A stretch of DNA of 64,000 bases, from contig NMRA01000161.1 in NCBI GenBank assembly GCA_002633005.1, forward strand, positions 600,959 to 664,958, read 5' to 3'. The notes under the pieces are model-generated. The model was not told where the DNA came from. It was given only the letters and a program-made list of their open reading frames with translations, and ran no database searches. A program made the position numbers and the translations under genes. How positions within the stretch are numbered: position 1 is the stretch's first letter; the number at the start of each line of letters is the position of its first letter. Shown here piece after piece: positions 1-13,375 of this stretch. This stretch comes from Phoronis australis (lineage: Eukaryota > Animalia > Phoronida).

Positions 1-2939
1 AGTAAATGCCCTATTTTAATAGTCTCTCATGCAAAACTAGAACATTTTAAAAAATATCCTAAAAAGATTTCTGAGAACATTGCATAAAGCACATTTTCCC
101 ATCCAAATACACAGAGCCATTAATTTTATTAATTTGTTCAAACCAGCAATAGAAGACGCAAGTAAACCTATTAGTTACCAACATGCCTAAGATCATTATT
201 ATTGATATCAGAAATCACACGGCCACAGGCAAGACACTCAATTTTAAGTTTAGGTCATCAACAATAATCTTAAAAGAAAGTGCTGTGAAGAGCAATACAT
301 GGTGAAATCAAATAAAAATTTAAAGATGAGTTTGAAAACGAAACCAAGAACATCAAAAAATAAGACCCTGATGCTTAAAACTAACATGTTAGAAAGCCAT
401 AAGGAGATCTATTTACAAACCAAATTTGAAAAGATTTCGTCAAAGGATTGGGGCGCGAGAGCTCTGCAAACATAATTCGAAAAATGGCCGTCATCATTGC
501 GCCATCCCGCGCCTGGTTTCAGCCAAAAATAAAAGTCGTGACCAAGTAAACACTGGACATAAATTTCATGTCCACCAGACAAAAAACGTGATCTCTGCAC
601 TAAGGCGCAGCTATAAATACCTACTCAACAAAAGAACAGTCGGCTGAGTAGTAAATCTCAAATATTGCGAGAACGGTCAGTCATAGCAAGAAACAGGTTC
701 CAAATTGCTAATAGCGTTTGAAAAGATCTATCAACATATCAAATTTCAGACAGATTCGTCAAGGGATGCCGAAGATATAACACAAAAACACATTTAATTA
801 GAGACCAGTCATAGGAAAGTAACGAGTAACTCGAGAATGGTTAACAGCTGGAGATAAACAAATGAATTTGACAATAGCTCATTTGATGATCGATTTAAAA
901 AGAAAAAATCGTAAAAATCCCACCAGAAACAGCGAAGCTATGACTCCACAAACAAAACATAGAAAAATGGCTGCTTCAGCGCCATGTTTCCGATTTAAAC
1001 CAAAACGACAAGCTTTGAGACATTCACGTAACACAAGTAGTGTGTAAATTACACCTTGATCCGAAAAGAATTGCATTCTGTAATATGCAAACACAGACAC
1101 AACACAGACACATACAAAAAAATAATAAAAAAACTTGATGACATAGCAACATACTGTACTTGGAGAAATTTCATTCACTAATAAATAAGGGGAATCAGAA
1201 TACCAACTTACACCACTGGGGACAGTACCACTCCAATGTGAACACATTGTATAAAGAAGAAAAATGAATGCAAAGAATTTTCTCAATTAAACTCAATCTC
1301 GCTAAGGCACACAAAAATGTTTTGTAGAACAGGCAACAATGAACTCTTGTTCTTCAGCGGATGCCTGATTCTCAAAACACTTAGAGGGAAACCTCCAGAG
1401 ATGCACCAATCGCTGCAGGACAAGGAAATACCAGACACATGACTAATGGAGTTTTCTTCGAAAAATAAAAAGACACGGATGAAGCATAAGGGAAAGACAA
1501 GGGATGTGAACAAGCTTTCCATCAGGAAATCACTTAAAAGGATATTAAATGCTAACATATTAACAGATGAGCAATTCCGTGAAAAGGACAACCTCGAGAC
1601 AGAAGCCCAGACTCACTAGTTTCGGGATTTATATTTGACTGTCCTATAACTTTCAATTTTTTACCTAAATGGATCCATTTTTGGGGTCACTTGACCCTAT
1701 TGGACTTTTCAAAAAAGTATTTCCAGAAAAGTTATAGTTTACAATGCCATCTAGTTATTCGTAGTAGAATTCAACTAATTAAAACCAGACAGTTAGACCA
1801 CCTTAATGTAAATAAAACAAAATATGAATTTTATGAACTTATTGTTTTTTTCTGTTGGGGCTCCACCGTGACATTTGTAAAGAAATGCTTAGCTTTTGAA
1901 AAAGTCAAGATGCAAAAATATTCATACAAATGAATTCCTAAGGTGCTCTAGAGTATAAATAATAAGAGACCCAAGTTGCTGTTGCGTTGAAATCTGAACA
2001 TGTTATTTCTGCTCTGACCTGCAATGCTGTGTTTTGTGTTGAAAAAGCCTATTCTGGGAATTTTTAAGCGGTAGCAATCCGTCACCTACTTTATTAAGCA
2101 TTTTTGTCACATATCACTGATTGTAGTCAATCTACATTTTTCAGTGTCTGGGGTCATTGGGGTCTGTAATAAAATGATTTCATAGCAAATGATTACATGG
2201 TCTCATCTTACATATTTTTGTTCCCGCAATCTTTTTAAGAATTTTTTTCTGCTGAGCTTTGAGGAGATTAAACAGGCATTTAGAAACAAATGAGGATATT
2301 GTTGGAGACCACACGAAGAACATATGCCACTGGGAGAATATATAATATATCTACCAGAATATTCTCTGAAACTCAAACAATGCCATCGCAGATTAAGGTA
2401 TACATAATTTTACGTGCCCATACTATGATGTGACATGCTTTCAAGAGTGACACCTATGGTGCATCGACAGGTGACACAGCAAGGATTGGTTGAAACAGGG
2501 TTTAGCATCCTTTTACAGAAGAATTCACCTTAGTTTAGGCCGCATGCTGAAATTAACTTAGATTGCTTATAACATTCGCATGTCAGGGCCATAAATTTGA
2601 CAATGCTGACGAACTTTGAATGATCATGACTCACTCAGTGCCTTTTTTCATCTATGCATTACTATTACTTTGGCAACAGTAAAACTTTAATAAACATTAA
2701 AATTACAAAATCTTAATGCAAAATAATGACAAGTACGACAGTACTAGTAGTTGTTCAAGTGTGTGTTGAGTGCCCTACACATCATGAGCCCTTTTCAATT
2801 TGAAAAAATGACTTACACTTACCCAAGACAAACCTTAAATTTCAATCAATTTAAAGATTCAAAGTTTGGAAGCTGAGACAAATCTTACAGACTTAATTAA
2901 AAAATGAACAAGCACCAGGGCTTGAAACAGCACTGGTCA

Positions 2940-4730
2940 GATTAAAGAGGTCCCGAATTTAGAGAAGCAGGTAGTCACTAAATAACGGGCCCGTTACTTA
3001 GTGGATGAAACTGGTTCTCTAAATCAGGGACTGCTATATCCAGCCAGTGCCCCTGAAACTTATAGCATGAGGTCATCTCACCAAATGTGACGAGACAAAA
3101 TCTCCAGGACGCCCAATGGGAAATGAAGTCTGCAAAGCAATGAAACCCTGTATGGGGGTGCAAAAGTTCTGGCCCCCACAAACAAAGCATAATCAAAAAT
3201 GAATAAAAAAACGAGATACCTAATTCACAGGCCTCCTCAGCTTCTAATCGTCCCCGATACACTATAGTACTACAAGGCATGACACTCGGGACTAGAAATT
3301 CTACGGGTGCTTCATTTCAGCCGTCCATATCAAACACAAAACAATAAATTAACACAAAACAGGGGTTCAAAAAAACATGAGCAATTGTTCTTTTTTCTAA
3401 TACCATTTACACTGTTCTGTTCCAGAGAGTTCGCAACAAATTCGCTGTCAAAGCACAAAATCTTTCCAAAAAGCCCATGTGAACTAACTACTTTGTCACA
3501 CGGAAATTGCCGATTTGTCACCAAAAGTCACGACATCGATAATTCCACATTTAGCCAGACCATTTGGTAACCTTCTGTGATGAACCGACAATTGCAGTCT
3601 CTCCGTAACTCATCGGATAATTCCGTACCATACTTGACGTTGAACCAACTCATGACAAAGAAGTTAGTACGCATGGTCTTCTCGGGAAGATTTTTGTGCT
3701 TTGACCACGAATTTGTTGCGAACTTGCAGCAGCAGGACACTGTAAGTGGTATTAGAAGAAAGAACAATTGCTAATTGTTTGTTGAGCCCGTTTTGTGTAA
3801 ATTTATTGAGTTTTGTGTTTGATATGGACGGCTAAAGTTAAGCAATTCTATTCCGAGTGGCATACCTTGTAGTATGTGTATGTAATGTATGTATATATAG
3901 AGTGTCATACCTTGTAGTATGTGAATGTAATGTAATGTATATATAGAGTGTCATACCTTGTAGTATGTGAATGTAATGTATGTATATATAGAGTGTCATA
4001 CCTTGTAGTATGTGTATGTAATGTATGTATATATAGAGTGGCGTACCTTGTAGTATGTGTATGTAATGTATGTATATATAGAGTGTCATACCTTGTAGTA
4101 TGTGTATGTAATGTATGTATATATAGAGTGTCATACCTTGTAGTATNACTCATGACAAAGTTAGTATGCATGGGCTTCTTGGGAAGATTTTTGTGCTTTG
4201 ACCGCGAATTTGTTGCGAACTTGCAGCAGCAGGACACTGTAAGTGGTATTAGAAGAAAGAACAATTGCTAATTGTTTGTTGAGCCCGTTTTGTGTTAATT
4301 TATTGAGTTTTGTGTTTGATATGTACGGCTAAAGTTAAGCAATTCTATTCCGAGTGTCATACCTTGTAGTATGTGTATGTAATGTATGTGTATATATAGA
4401 GTGTATTGGGCCATTGGGTACGATCAGAAACTGAGGACGCCTGTGATCTAATTCAATAATTGTAGAACCTGCCAGCTCAGAACAACGAGTGAGTGGAAAC
4501 CCAGAGGTAACCTGGGGGACCACAGAAAATTAAGTTATTGTGTGCCCGTCAATTTCTCACTTGGACAAACCCCAAAAAGATAGTTTTCCTTTTGCGTTTT
4601 AAAACCGCCACTAACTGGCATTGGTTGGATATGACGGTCCTTGATTTAGAGAACCAGTTCATCCACTAAATAACGGGGCCGTTATTCAGTAATTGCCTGG
4701 TTCTCTAAATCAGGGGCCGCTTTATCCACT
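2940..4730. mobile_element. Foldback-type element with long imperfect inverted arms and self-palindromic termini
   Basis: 3266-3500 is the reverse complement of ~3648-3875. 3220-3262 pairs with ~4400-4450. 2945-3055 pairs with ~4617-4730. Confidence 0.75.
3855..4146. repeat. ~45-bp minisatellite (GTGTCATACCTTGTAGTATGTGTATGTAATGTATGTATATATAGA), about 6.5 copies
   Basis: Direct tandem copies are visible. It explains the repetitive ORFs 3838-4271 and ends at the N at 4147. Confidence 0.95.
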
Positions 4731-5404
4731 ACTAGGCCTACCAGCACAAACAGAAACAATGCAAGATTCATTGGTAACATTACATAGGCCTACCTGTTTT
4801 ATTTCTTGATCCAGAGTGGCAAGTCGTAAAAGAATGAATTTGACTAGGAATGGATATCGCAAATGCGAATAGAGCTATGCAAAAACAAGAACACGAATGC
4901 ATGGCAAAGACGTGCGATTAAAGTCGTCGACAAGAACAAATATCCACCTCTGACCCATACAAAGAGCTAACAACTGCACAAACATTTGGGGGTTTTCCGA
5001 GAAACTGCATAAGGCTGCTTTAATAATACACCGATAAAATTAATGATATTTTTTCATTTAATTTTGCCTTTTTTATACCAAGTTAACTATAAAATCTAAA
5101 TATAACTCAATAAAAAGAGACAAGTGTAAAATAAAATTTAAGTACAGCTTATTTGATGATTGTTAATAATAAATTCGGTCATTGATTTTGACCTGACAAT
5201 TGGTCAACGAAGTACTCTCAAAGCTAACTTATAGGCCTATTGATTTTTATTTTTCAAAGAAAATAAATGACTACCATTAAATTTTTATATATCCTAAAAA
5301 CCTGCCCTTATACGATGTTCACTTTGAATTAAGTACCCTAAACTTTCTGTAACTCTGATGCTTTTAGAAAACTTTCTTTCTGGCTTTAATAACACATAAT
5401 TATC

Positions 5405-5586
5405 TCCCTTGGAAATGGGAATTCCGCAAACTTCCGGTTTTTCCTTGTTTTGGATGGCCAGTAGCTAGTCGATAGCTTTATTGTGGCGGAATAGGTCTCT
5501 CCTAGTCGGTAAACCAGTTCTTAAACAGAGCTCTGTTTAAGAGCTGAGTATTAACTACCCATCAGGTAGCTGGTAGTTATCTAGCC
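5405..5586 (+). promoter_or_regulatory. MITD1 proximal promoter / 5' UTR
   Basis: ETS-type ACTTCCGG (~5430) and a shift from AT-rich to CpG-containing sequence about 150 bp upstream of the ATG. Confidence 0.4.
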
Positions 5587-8500
5587 ATGAACAAACTTGC
5601 TGGTTTGGACGGAGCTGGGGCATTATTAAAACGTGCTGTTGAACTTGACCAGAAGCAGGATTACGCATCTTGTTTGCTTTGCTACCAAGAAGGTGTCGGG
5701 TTACTCATGGATGTATTGAGAGGTGACCAATTTGATTTCATCTCGGACACTTCCACCGTCCCTGCTTAGCAGTAGAGATGGTGATGTACCCATAGGTTCT
5801 TCAAAGTTACGTTGCTATTACTTAGACAGTGACCACCATCTTTAGCTGGCTCAACAGAGACAGTGAAGCTCCTGTAAGCACTTCATAATCATACACCGTC
5901 AGCTTTTCAGCAAATCATGCCTCATGTTATTATTAGTATGCGTAGAGGGACACCTTAGGAGGCTGTCCATGTTTTTAATTCCTTCCAAAGTCGAACAAAT
6001 GTATCCGTTATCAATCTTTTTCTTCTAGCAGTACTTCATTCAGTTCCCAAAATGGTAACTCCTTGTAACTGGCCAAGGCTGTGCACGCCAGGGGATATGA
6101 CGTAATACCTCATACCATGCGCAGTGTTAAAAATGGCTAGTTTCTTATTTTGGGAACTGAACGAAAGACTACTCAAAGAAAAGGTTTGATGATGGTAATA
6201 TTTGTTCTGGTCGGAAGGAATTAAAGACATCAACTCCCTAAGGTGTCCCTCTATGTGCAAAAGGTACTTATAACAACGTGACTTAGATTTTTAAATCAGT
6301 ATAAGGCATAATTTTCTGAATAGTTTCCTGCGTATGAAATGTGCATAGGAGCTTCACCGTCTCTACTGAGCCAGCTAGAGACAGTGGTCACTGTTTACGT
6401 TCCTATAAGTACCTATTGCGTATAGAGGGACACCTTAGGAGGTCTCTATCCTGTTTAGATTACGACATTTGTTGGACTTCAGTACAAGACTGAAGATTTA
6501 TTATGCTTTTTTCAGGTCCCACTTCACGTAGTGCTTTTTGGTCTGGCATCTATGTGGTCTTGAAAGGAGTAGCAAAATTGAAAAGGTTCAGTTTCACGCT
6601 CCTAACTTTGTTTTGAATGATTGTGAATCACCCTACAATGTTGTACAATCATATGCAAATTCTTTCCCCCTCATAACTGTTGTTTTTTTTTCAATATGTT
6701 TATTTACCCAGAAAGCATATCATTAGTGATTAGTAGATACCGCTGGGGTTGGGTGGCCCCAACTACATATCTTTACAACATACTAGAGGACAATACGTCA
6801 TACAAATAGAACAAATAAGTATCTGGAAAGGAACTCCTAATGATTGGGCGGATAATTAGGCAAGATTGTGATAATAGGGGAGGGAAATGGGAAGGGGGGG
6901 ACTTTCATACACTCATTCACACACATGGTTTAATTAACTTAACTTATGTTTACGTTTTCGTAAGTGCATATTTGTGAAAAGGTCAGTTTTTTTATAGTAA
7001 AACAGAAGTGGTTAAAAATAACACCATTTATTGTTTGAATCATTTTAAAGAGATGCCTACAAAACCCTCCACTGCTCTGAAGTTTTATCCGAGGCGTTAA
7101 ATACAATGAGGTTCAATGCGTCAAAAAATATGCATCTGAACTTATTAAAGCAAGGTTGAGACCCATCTCTCGATGATGTATAAATATAATATTGAGCACG
7201 AGTGTATATGGTATTGAAGATTTCGCTTAGATTGCCAAAGAAGCAAACTAAGAAGTGGTACATAGATGGCTCAGTGTGTAAATTAAAAACTTCACTTATG
7301 AGGTGATGTAAAGAATTCCAGAAACGTTTAACACAGAAGCAGCTGTAAAATATATGCTGAAAAGTCTGGACTTCGCCACAGTAGGGACATTGTTCTGTTT
7401 GTGAAATACCAAGTATTTTTAACATTTCTGTTGATGAAAAAGTATTTGAACATTGTCAAATGAGGGTTTATGGATAGGTTGATTAAGGAGATTAATATTT
7501 CTTTAATTTTGTCATCTGTGTAATAGTTGAGTAAAGATGCATAATTATCTGGATTTGAAGAAAACCTGTGGATAAATATGTTTTTTAACCATGAATTGGA
7601 ACTATTGAACAATAAAAATCTAATGTAACTAAAAATCCATCTATCTGACACACTCAGAACTTTCTTCAAGGTCGTTGTAGTGGAAGAAAATGAGGTATCC
7701 TTCAAGTTATAATTTTCCTTAATGCTTTCTCATTTAAGAAGTTTGTTCTGGCTATCTGAAAAATCATCACAAAATATGAGACCTGCATTGTACAGATCTT
7801 GGTATAATAATGATTTACCGGTAACAGTTAAGTTACAATAATCCATATCACTTGTTTGGCTGTTGTTTATGCTTTCACCAATTTAAAATAAGCATTTTAC
7901 GTGCTTTCTTGCCTACTTAGGTCATTGGCGTCTTTAATGCCTTCCAACTTAAACATTTACTTCTGTAATATAATAGAACTTTCTTTGGGCAGTTCTTCAT
8001 TCAGTTGTCCAAATCAGCAAAGGAGATGTGACCTCAGTCTAGTTTTATCATTGAATTAGTAGTTGACTTTGCAGTAGTTCATTGGAGTCTATTAGTCCTT
8101 ATTCAGCTGATGTCTCGTTTACCTTTGTAGGTTTCTTACTGTGAGTAAAGTGTGCAGTCGTTGTGAATAGGAAAATTTTAAAAGTTAACCCTTCAGCTCA
8201 TTTGGGTAAGCAAGGGTACTTTTTGCGAAAGAAATTGTAACTTTCATTAAGACCTGCTGTATTTCCTCAGTGTTCAGCTGGTAAAAAGCGAAATATAAAT
8301 TTTAAAGCCATTTAAACCAGTCCTGTATTTTGCCCTGTATAGATGGCTAAAAATAAAAATAGAATTACAATCTTAACTCTCATAAAATCGGTCTCGTGAA
8401 ATTCCTTACCATGTTAGGATTCTATTTCTGTTACCATTTAGAACATCCAAACAATCACCAAACTCAAAACAATTCTCAATGGCTCATGTTTGCATTGCAC

Positions 8501-11500
8501 GTGATTGAGTTGCCAGCTCACTTTGCTACAATTCAAGATCTGATTAGAGTGATAATGTTTTTTAAAAAGCACCAAAGCACTTTGGATAAGAATCCAACAG
8601 ACAACTAAACAGTGTCAGTGCCCCTTTAAGCTTACAAAATGGGTCTCATGATTATCCTGAACATGACAGGGCCTGATTTCTTTTATCAATGCGAATGTCA
8701 AAGCTACCAATGTGTTAATATATGAATCAGATTTTATTGGGATGTGCCATGAATCCAAAATTCCGACTTCGAAAGTGGGGCATATGGTCTATTGCCTGTG
8801 GCTTGAGTTACCGGCTCATTTGGCAACAATTTAGGATTGGACAAGTGTGGTAATATTTTTGAACACGAAAGTGCTTTAGTTGGGAATTTAACATTGGTAG
8901 CTAAACAGTGAAATGGTTCTTTAAATATTAATACAAATGTTTAATTATTTTTTGGCATGAGTGGAATCTGGAGTCTTTTTTTTTGATTTGAGTTCAGATT
9001 GTTTATTTCAGACTGTCAAGACCGGAAAATGAGAGAACAGTTGCGTGAGAAACTGACACAATATATGGATAGGGCTGAAAAAGTGAAAGAAGTTGTTGAA
9101 AAACAAAAAGATGGTAAGAAACAATACATAGATTTTTGTTTGATTTATGCTATGTTTGTGTGTCTGGCTACCCAGCAATGAGAACCTTTTAAATAAATGT
9201 TTTTGAATCCAGATTTCAATTATAGTGAACATAAGGAAAATACTACGAATGTCTCAATGGCGCTGTTAAAACCAGCCTCAAATTTTAATTTCTGGGTTAG
9301 AATGGTGGACTTTTCACATACCGGGTATATTTTATCACTAGGATCGCTAGTGTTGTAGGTCGTTGGGGTCGCTATCTTTCCGTGTATGTCGTATGGGCTG
9401 TGTTGCGTGTGCCTATTTTTTAATAATTACAGATCAGAATGTTCATGACAGTTATCAAAAGGTTTTGTCATTATTTAGATTTTCGGAACCCGATACATAT
9501 TTTGTTAAATATTTTTGTTCTTTTAAGGTTTAGTTAGTGGTTGAAACATGCCAGTTTCATTTTTAGTAGTAGTAGCAATAGGGGTACCCACAGTCAACAG
9601 TGTACCTACGATCGACTGTATTTTTAAAATTAAAAATGCTCTTAATTGTTGCACTGAATCCTGTTGAAGTCTTGGGCTCAAACAGCCTGCTTTAGTACAG
9701 TATACTACCCACGCGTGCCATAATGTTTATTGAACCACGTGTGCTCAAAATCTTGATTCTTTAAATGCGAGTAGTAACAATGGACACAAGTTGAAGCATC
9801 AGAGGAAGAAGATTACTAGACAATTTCCACTTTTGAAAACTTGTGAATTTGAAACAGAAACGCAAAGTATAGTTAGTGTGCATGTAGACCTGAAAATAGT
9901 AATTTAATTTGTGTCAGGAAATCACGACAGCTAGAGACATACTTTTGGAAAGTTTGTGTTTTGGGATGTCAATTGTTGTTAGACACTTTTGTAACCTGAG
10001 TTAGTTGTCTTGTAATGATCGCATGATTTCGATCTTTTTTCGTCTAAATCCCAGGAAAATATCTTCTATTAACATTGGGTAACATTTCCAGAAAAACACA
10101 GAATTTGTATGGAAGAACAAAATAGTGAGAAACGGTGTTGAAATTTAAAATTTACGCTAGAAGTGGACAATAAAAACTTCACTGGAGTGCAGCGTGAAAA
10201 CGACGTTTCGACTGTTGCGATTGCCATGAGTTTTACATTGGCATGACAACTCGAATTTTGCATCATAGACAGGCTGAACACAAGGATATCAACAGTGCCC
10301 AACACTAGCCACACAGCAGGGTTTCCCGAGCTCAGGGTTCTTGATCACGACACTGAGTCAAACTTTTAATCGGTGAGGCTATTCACATACAGGTCCTTCA
10401 TGTTGAGAGGTCACTCAGGAATGTTGGAGCATATAGGATGGAGTAGTGGTGAATAGTTTTTAGTTGACAGATCCTGCATCATGCACTGTGATATGAAGTG
10501 AACCTTGTGTTATGGTACTCTGTTCTATTCTGTTTGACTGTTATACCTGAGGATGATTTTTGCCTAATATCGAAACGAAAGTTTCATACTGCATTCAATC
10601 ATTGTTACCACTTTTTGCTCCTAATTTGGCCAAAAACTAAATGTACACTAACATCTTACTTTAATTTTCAGAAGGTAAATACCACGAAGAGGTTCACATA
10701 GAAGATAATTCAACTGGGCACAGTTATGAAAGAATGTTTTCACGTTTTATTGATGACTCAGTGACCAAAGTCGACATCGAGGATCCTTACATCAGGTCCA
10801 CTCATCAGGTACTGTTTGAACTCACCAGTGCCATATGCGTACACTTTTTAGAGCAACAACGATTATTAAATCAAGTTTTATGTCGCTTTCCCACCAACAC
10901 ACAAAAGAGGAACTCAGGCCAATGGCACTTTGCTTATCTTTTCTATTTACTGGCAACATTGGAGTTACCTTTAGCTCTGTAATTTAAACACCAGGTGGCG
11001 AATTTGTATCATACTCTTGACCTATTGAAATCAAATAGATGTTGCAATGCCGTGCAGTTACGGACGAATAAAAATATAAATTTAGTAAAACTAGTAAAAC
11101 TAAAATGACGAGCGTCAGTACTAAAATATATTAAAATATCCCCACATATCGAGCGATGCGCTCTTTGTCAAGGGTGTGCTACAGGTGTAGATGATGTTTT
11201 TTTAGGTGATGATGTTTTTTGTTTCTGCATAGGTTTTCAATCTCCTGAGGTTTTGTGAATTACTGGTTAAAAAGGCTGTCAATCTAAGGACTATTTCTGT
11301 AACAACTGGCGCTGAACAGGTAAAGTATGGTGCTTGGGTTTCTGGTCTAATCAGGACTGTGTGCCAAAATTGCTTAACAGCCCGAACTTGAGAAGCAGAG
11401 GGTAAATGGTCTACAAAAGGTCCTTGAAGTTTGAAGATGGTTGTATATCCACGGGTTGGCATCACAGACAAAATGGTTGTTTTTAAATTTGACTGCTGAC

Positions 11501-13375
11501 AATTGCTGGGCATTTACAAGATCAAGCTTCTATTTAGTTGACCAGTGTTTTTAAGTATACACAGCTTATCAAAGACTTTTATGGTTTGACTAATAAGAAG
11601 CTACTTCTATAAGTTTTTAATGACTGTGCCCCAAATACAGAAAGGGGTTTCAATAATTGAACCTAAGACTTCCCCCTACAAAGTCTGTCTCAAAAATTTC
11701 CTTTCCATGATAAACAGCTTATTATTTTTAAATGACTCAATCTTATTCAAAGACATATGCAAGAAACTCAATTTAGAGCCTCAATTAACATTGGGGCCCG
11801 TTTTATGGTTGCCGTAGATGGGGAGACCATTATTTAGAATATAGGAGACATGCTCTTTGTTCACCTTTAGGCACGATCGCCTGTATCACCTCAAAAAATC
11901 ACAAAGATTGGGACTATTCTTATAAAACTTGCCCTTACCTTCCGACCGCACAACTTTGTTGTCACGAAAACCATCCAGACAGTTTTAACTTGTTAAAACA
12001 AGTCAGAAAAGGTTTTACAAAATCTTAAAGCAGTCCATCCTTACCAAAGTAAAACTCACTCAACTTATGTTTTATTCCATCTGAATGTTGAAACTGATTC
12101 TATCATGAAATGGGGATTTTGAGCTTCAATTTATTAGGGTTAATTCACTTAATTTGATTTTCTTTCTTCAGTTTCCTGTTTAAACAGAAACTTAGGGCTC
12201 TTTTAAATAACCAACAGGTATCAAATTACAAGTGTAAGTAATGGTATGGATTTCAAGCTGTTCACATTCCACTGGATTGCTTCACTGGGAATCTTTTGTT
12301 ACAGGTAGGCATTCTCCAGTTTAGGGCAGTCTTTGGAATGTGGACACAGAAAATTGCTAAAAAATTTACTTCATTCTGGAATTCGGGACAAGGGCGAGTT
12401 TGGCATTCACCTTAATTATTTCTTAAATTTTGGACACTACAAAGTGGTTAATTCTGCCTTCTTTCTGGTGATTCTTGAATTTAGGACGACCAATATTGTC
12501 TGTTTCCAGAATTTGGGGGCAAGCTACGACATTGAGCAAAGTAATTAATTTTTCACTGACCCTATTTTTACTGTAGTCTTCTTACTTGAACTTCAGATTC
12601 TTGTCACTCATGAAATAATTCTTGCAGGACTCAAAGCCATCCCAGCTACAGTCGAATGGTTTCAGAGACCTTGAGAACAGTTTGCGTAAATGCAACATAA
12701 CCTTTACAGTGCAATACTCAGCATCATTGCATGATAGGGAAGTCAGGTAAAGGAAAGGGTGAAGTCGTACTTGAATGCCATTTTTATGAATAATGCGTGA
12801 AGTCAATAGCACAAGCAGTTGATCTATCGCCAGGATTTTGAGTGATGGCTTAACTGACCAATCAGAATGCAGCATTCTTGACACACCTTTGTTATCAAGC
12901 CACCATTTTACCCGACAAACAACACGTTGCCGGGTATAACTTATTGTTTGTTTGTCCACTTTTCCCAAGGGGATGGATCATACGATAGGTCAATTGTGGG
13001 AAACCGGCACTGCGTCGAAACTGCCAGTTGTGTGCAGATGACCTGAAAATGCAGTAAATCTGGTTGCAGTTTAGTGCAGGATCACACGAGCTTTAGTTGG
13101 CAGGAAAGTAGCTATTGCCTGTATTAGGAAACCAAACCATTGCTGGTGTGAGTTAAATAAACTGCTTATTTTTAGCATTCTGTTTCTACACTCTTTATTT
13201 CAGGTTTGACAGTGGCTGGATATTCAAGTTGGGCCGGGGACTAGATTACTTCAAAAAAGTCCAAGGGGGACAATTCTCAATTGGATTCTGTGATTTTGAT
13301 TTGAGGCCATGTCATGAAACGAAAATCGACATATTCCACAAGAAGCATACCAAATCAACATGTAGTAACACGTAG
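5587..13375 (+). CDS. MITD1: MIT domain-containing protein 1 (ESCRT-III-binding MIT domain plus C-terminal PLD-like domain), 6 coding exons, 250 aa
   Basis: Exons 5587-5722, 9012-9113, 10672-10808, 11233-11319, 12628-12746, 13204-13375. All introns are GT-AG with matching phases; total 753 nt. Translation includes LLKRAVELD...YQEG...YMDRAE (MIT), [62 protein letters not shown] and [13 protein letters not shown], which match MITD1 motifs as I recall them. Confidence 0.96.
5795..6450. mobile_element. Inverted-repeat non-autonomous element in MITD1 intron 1
   Basis: 5826-5890 pairs with 6330-6397, and 5938-6000 pairs with 6200-6260. A further partial arm lies at 6415-6450. Homologous to 56150-56385. 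Confidence 0.7.
6683..8340 (-). mobile_element. 5'-truncated, decayed L1/Tx1-type LINE (3' end of ORF2 plus 3' UTR) in MITD1 intron 1
   Basis: CCHC knuckle [24 protein letters not shown] in ORF 7057-7425, with frameshifted upstream remnants ([16 protein letters not shown]). AATAAA plus an A-tail on the minus strand at ~6683-6705. The boundary near 8340 is approximate. Confidence 0.75.
8380..8925. repeat. Two diverged tandem copies (~270 bp) of a DNA-transposon end, possibly Kolobok-like; related fragment at ~24670-24790
   Basis: Shared blocks TGAGTT.CC.GCTCA.TT.GC.ACAATT and CTAAACAGTG...CTTTAA at ~8505-8629 and ~8803-8924. Confidence 0.55.
11540..12250 (-). mobile_element. Possible very old LINE ORF2 remnant in MITD1 intron 4
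   Basis: A-rich minus strand with broken frames and a PFC remnant. Weak. Confidence 0.25.

Noticed and set aside
1-2900. ORFs 426-647, 879-1286 and 1283-1591 as genes
   Set aside because: No recognisable domain or consistent exon chain. Repeated CAAATTT...TCGTCAA.GG and AAAATGGC motifs suggest decayed transposon sequence that I cannot classify.
3838-4271. Repetitive His/Tyr/Cys-rich ORFs and a CRISPR-like periodic appearance
   Set aside because: These are translations of a 45-bp minisatellite. There are no unique spacers and the context is eukaryotic.
4147-4405. Apparent second right arm of the foldback element (near-exact duplicate of 3648-3905)
   Set aside because: It begins exactly at a single N, so it is most likely an assembly overlap or alternate haplotype at a contig join.
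12721-13230. HDREVR instead of a catalytic HKD motif in the PLD-like domain
   Set aside because: This is the normal state for MITD1 and not novel.
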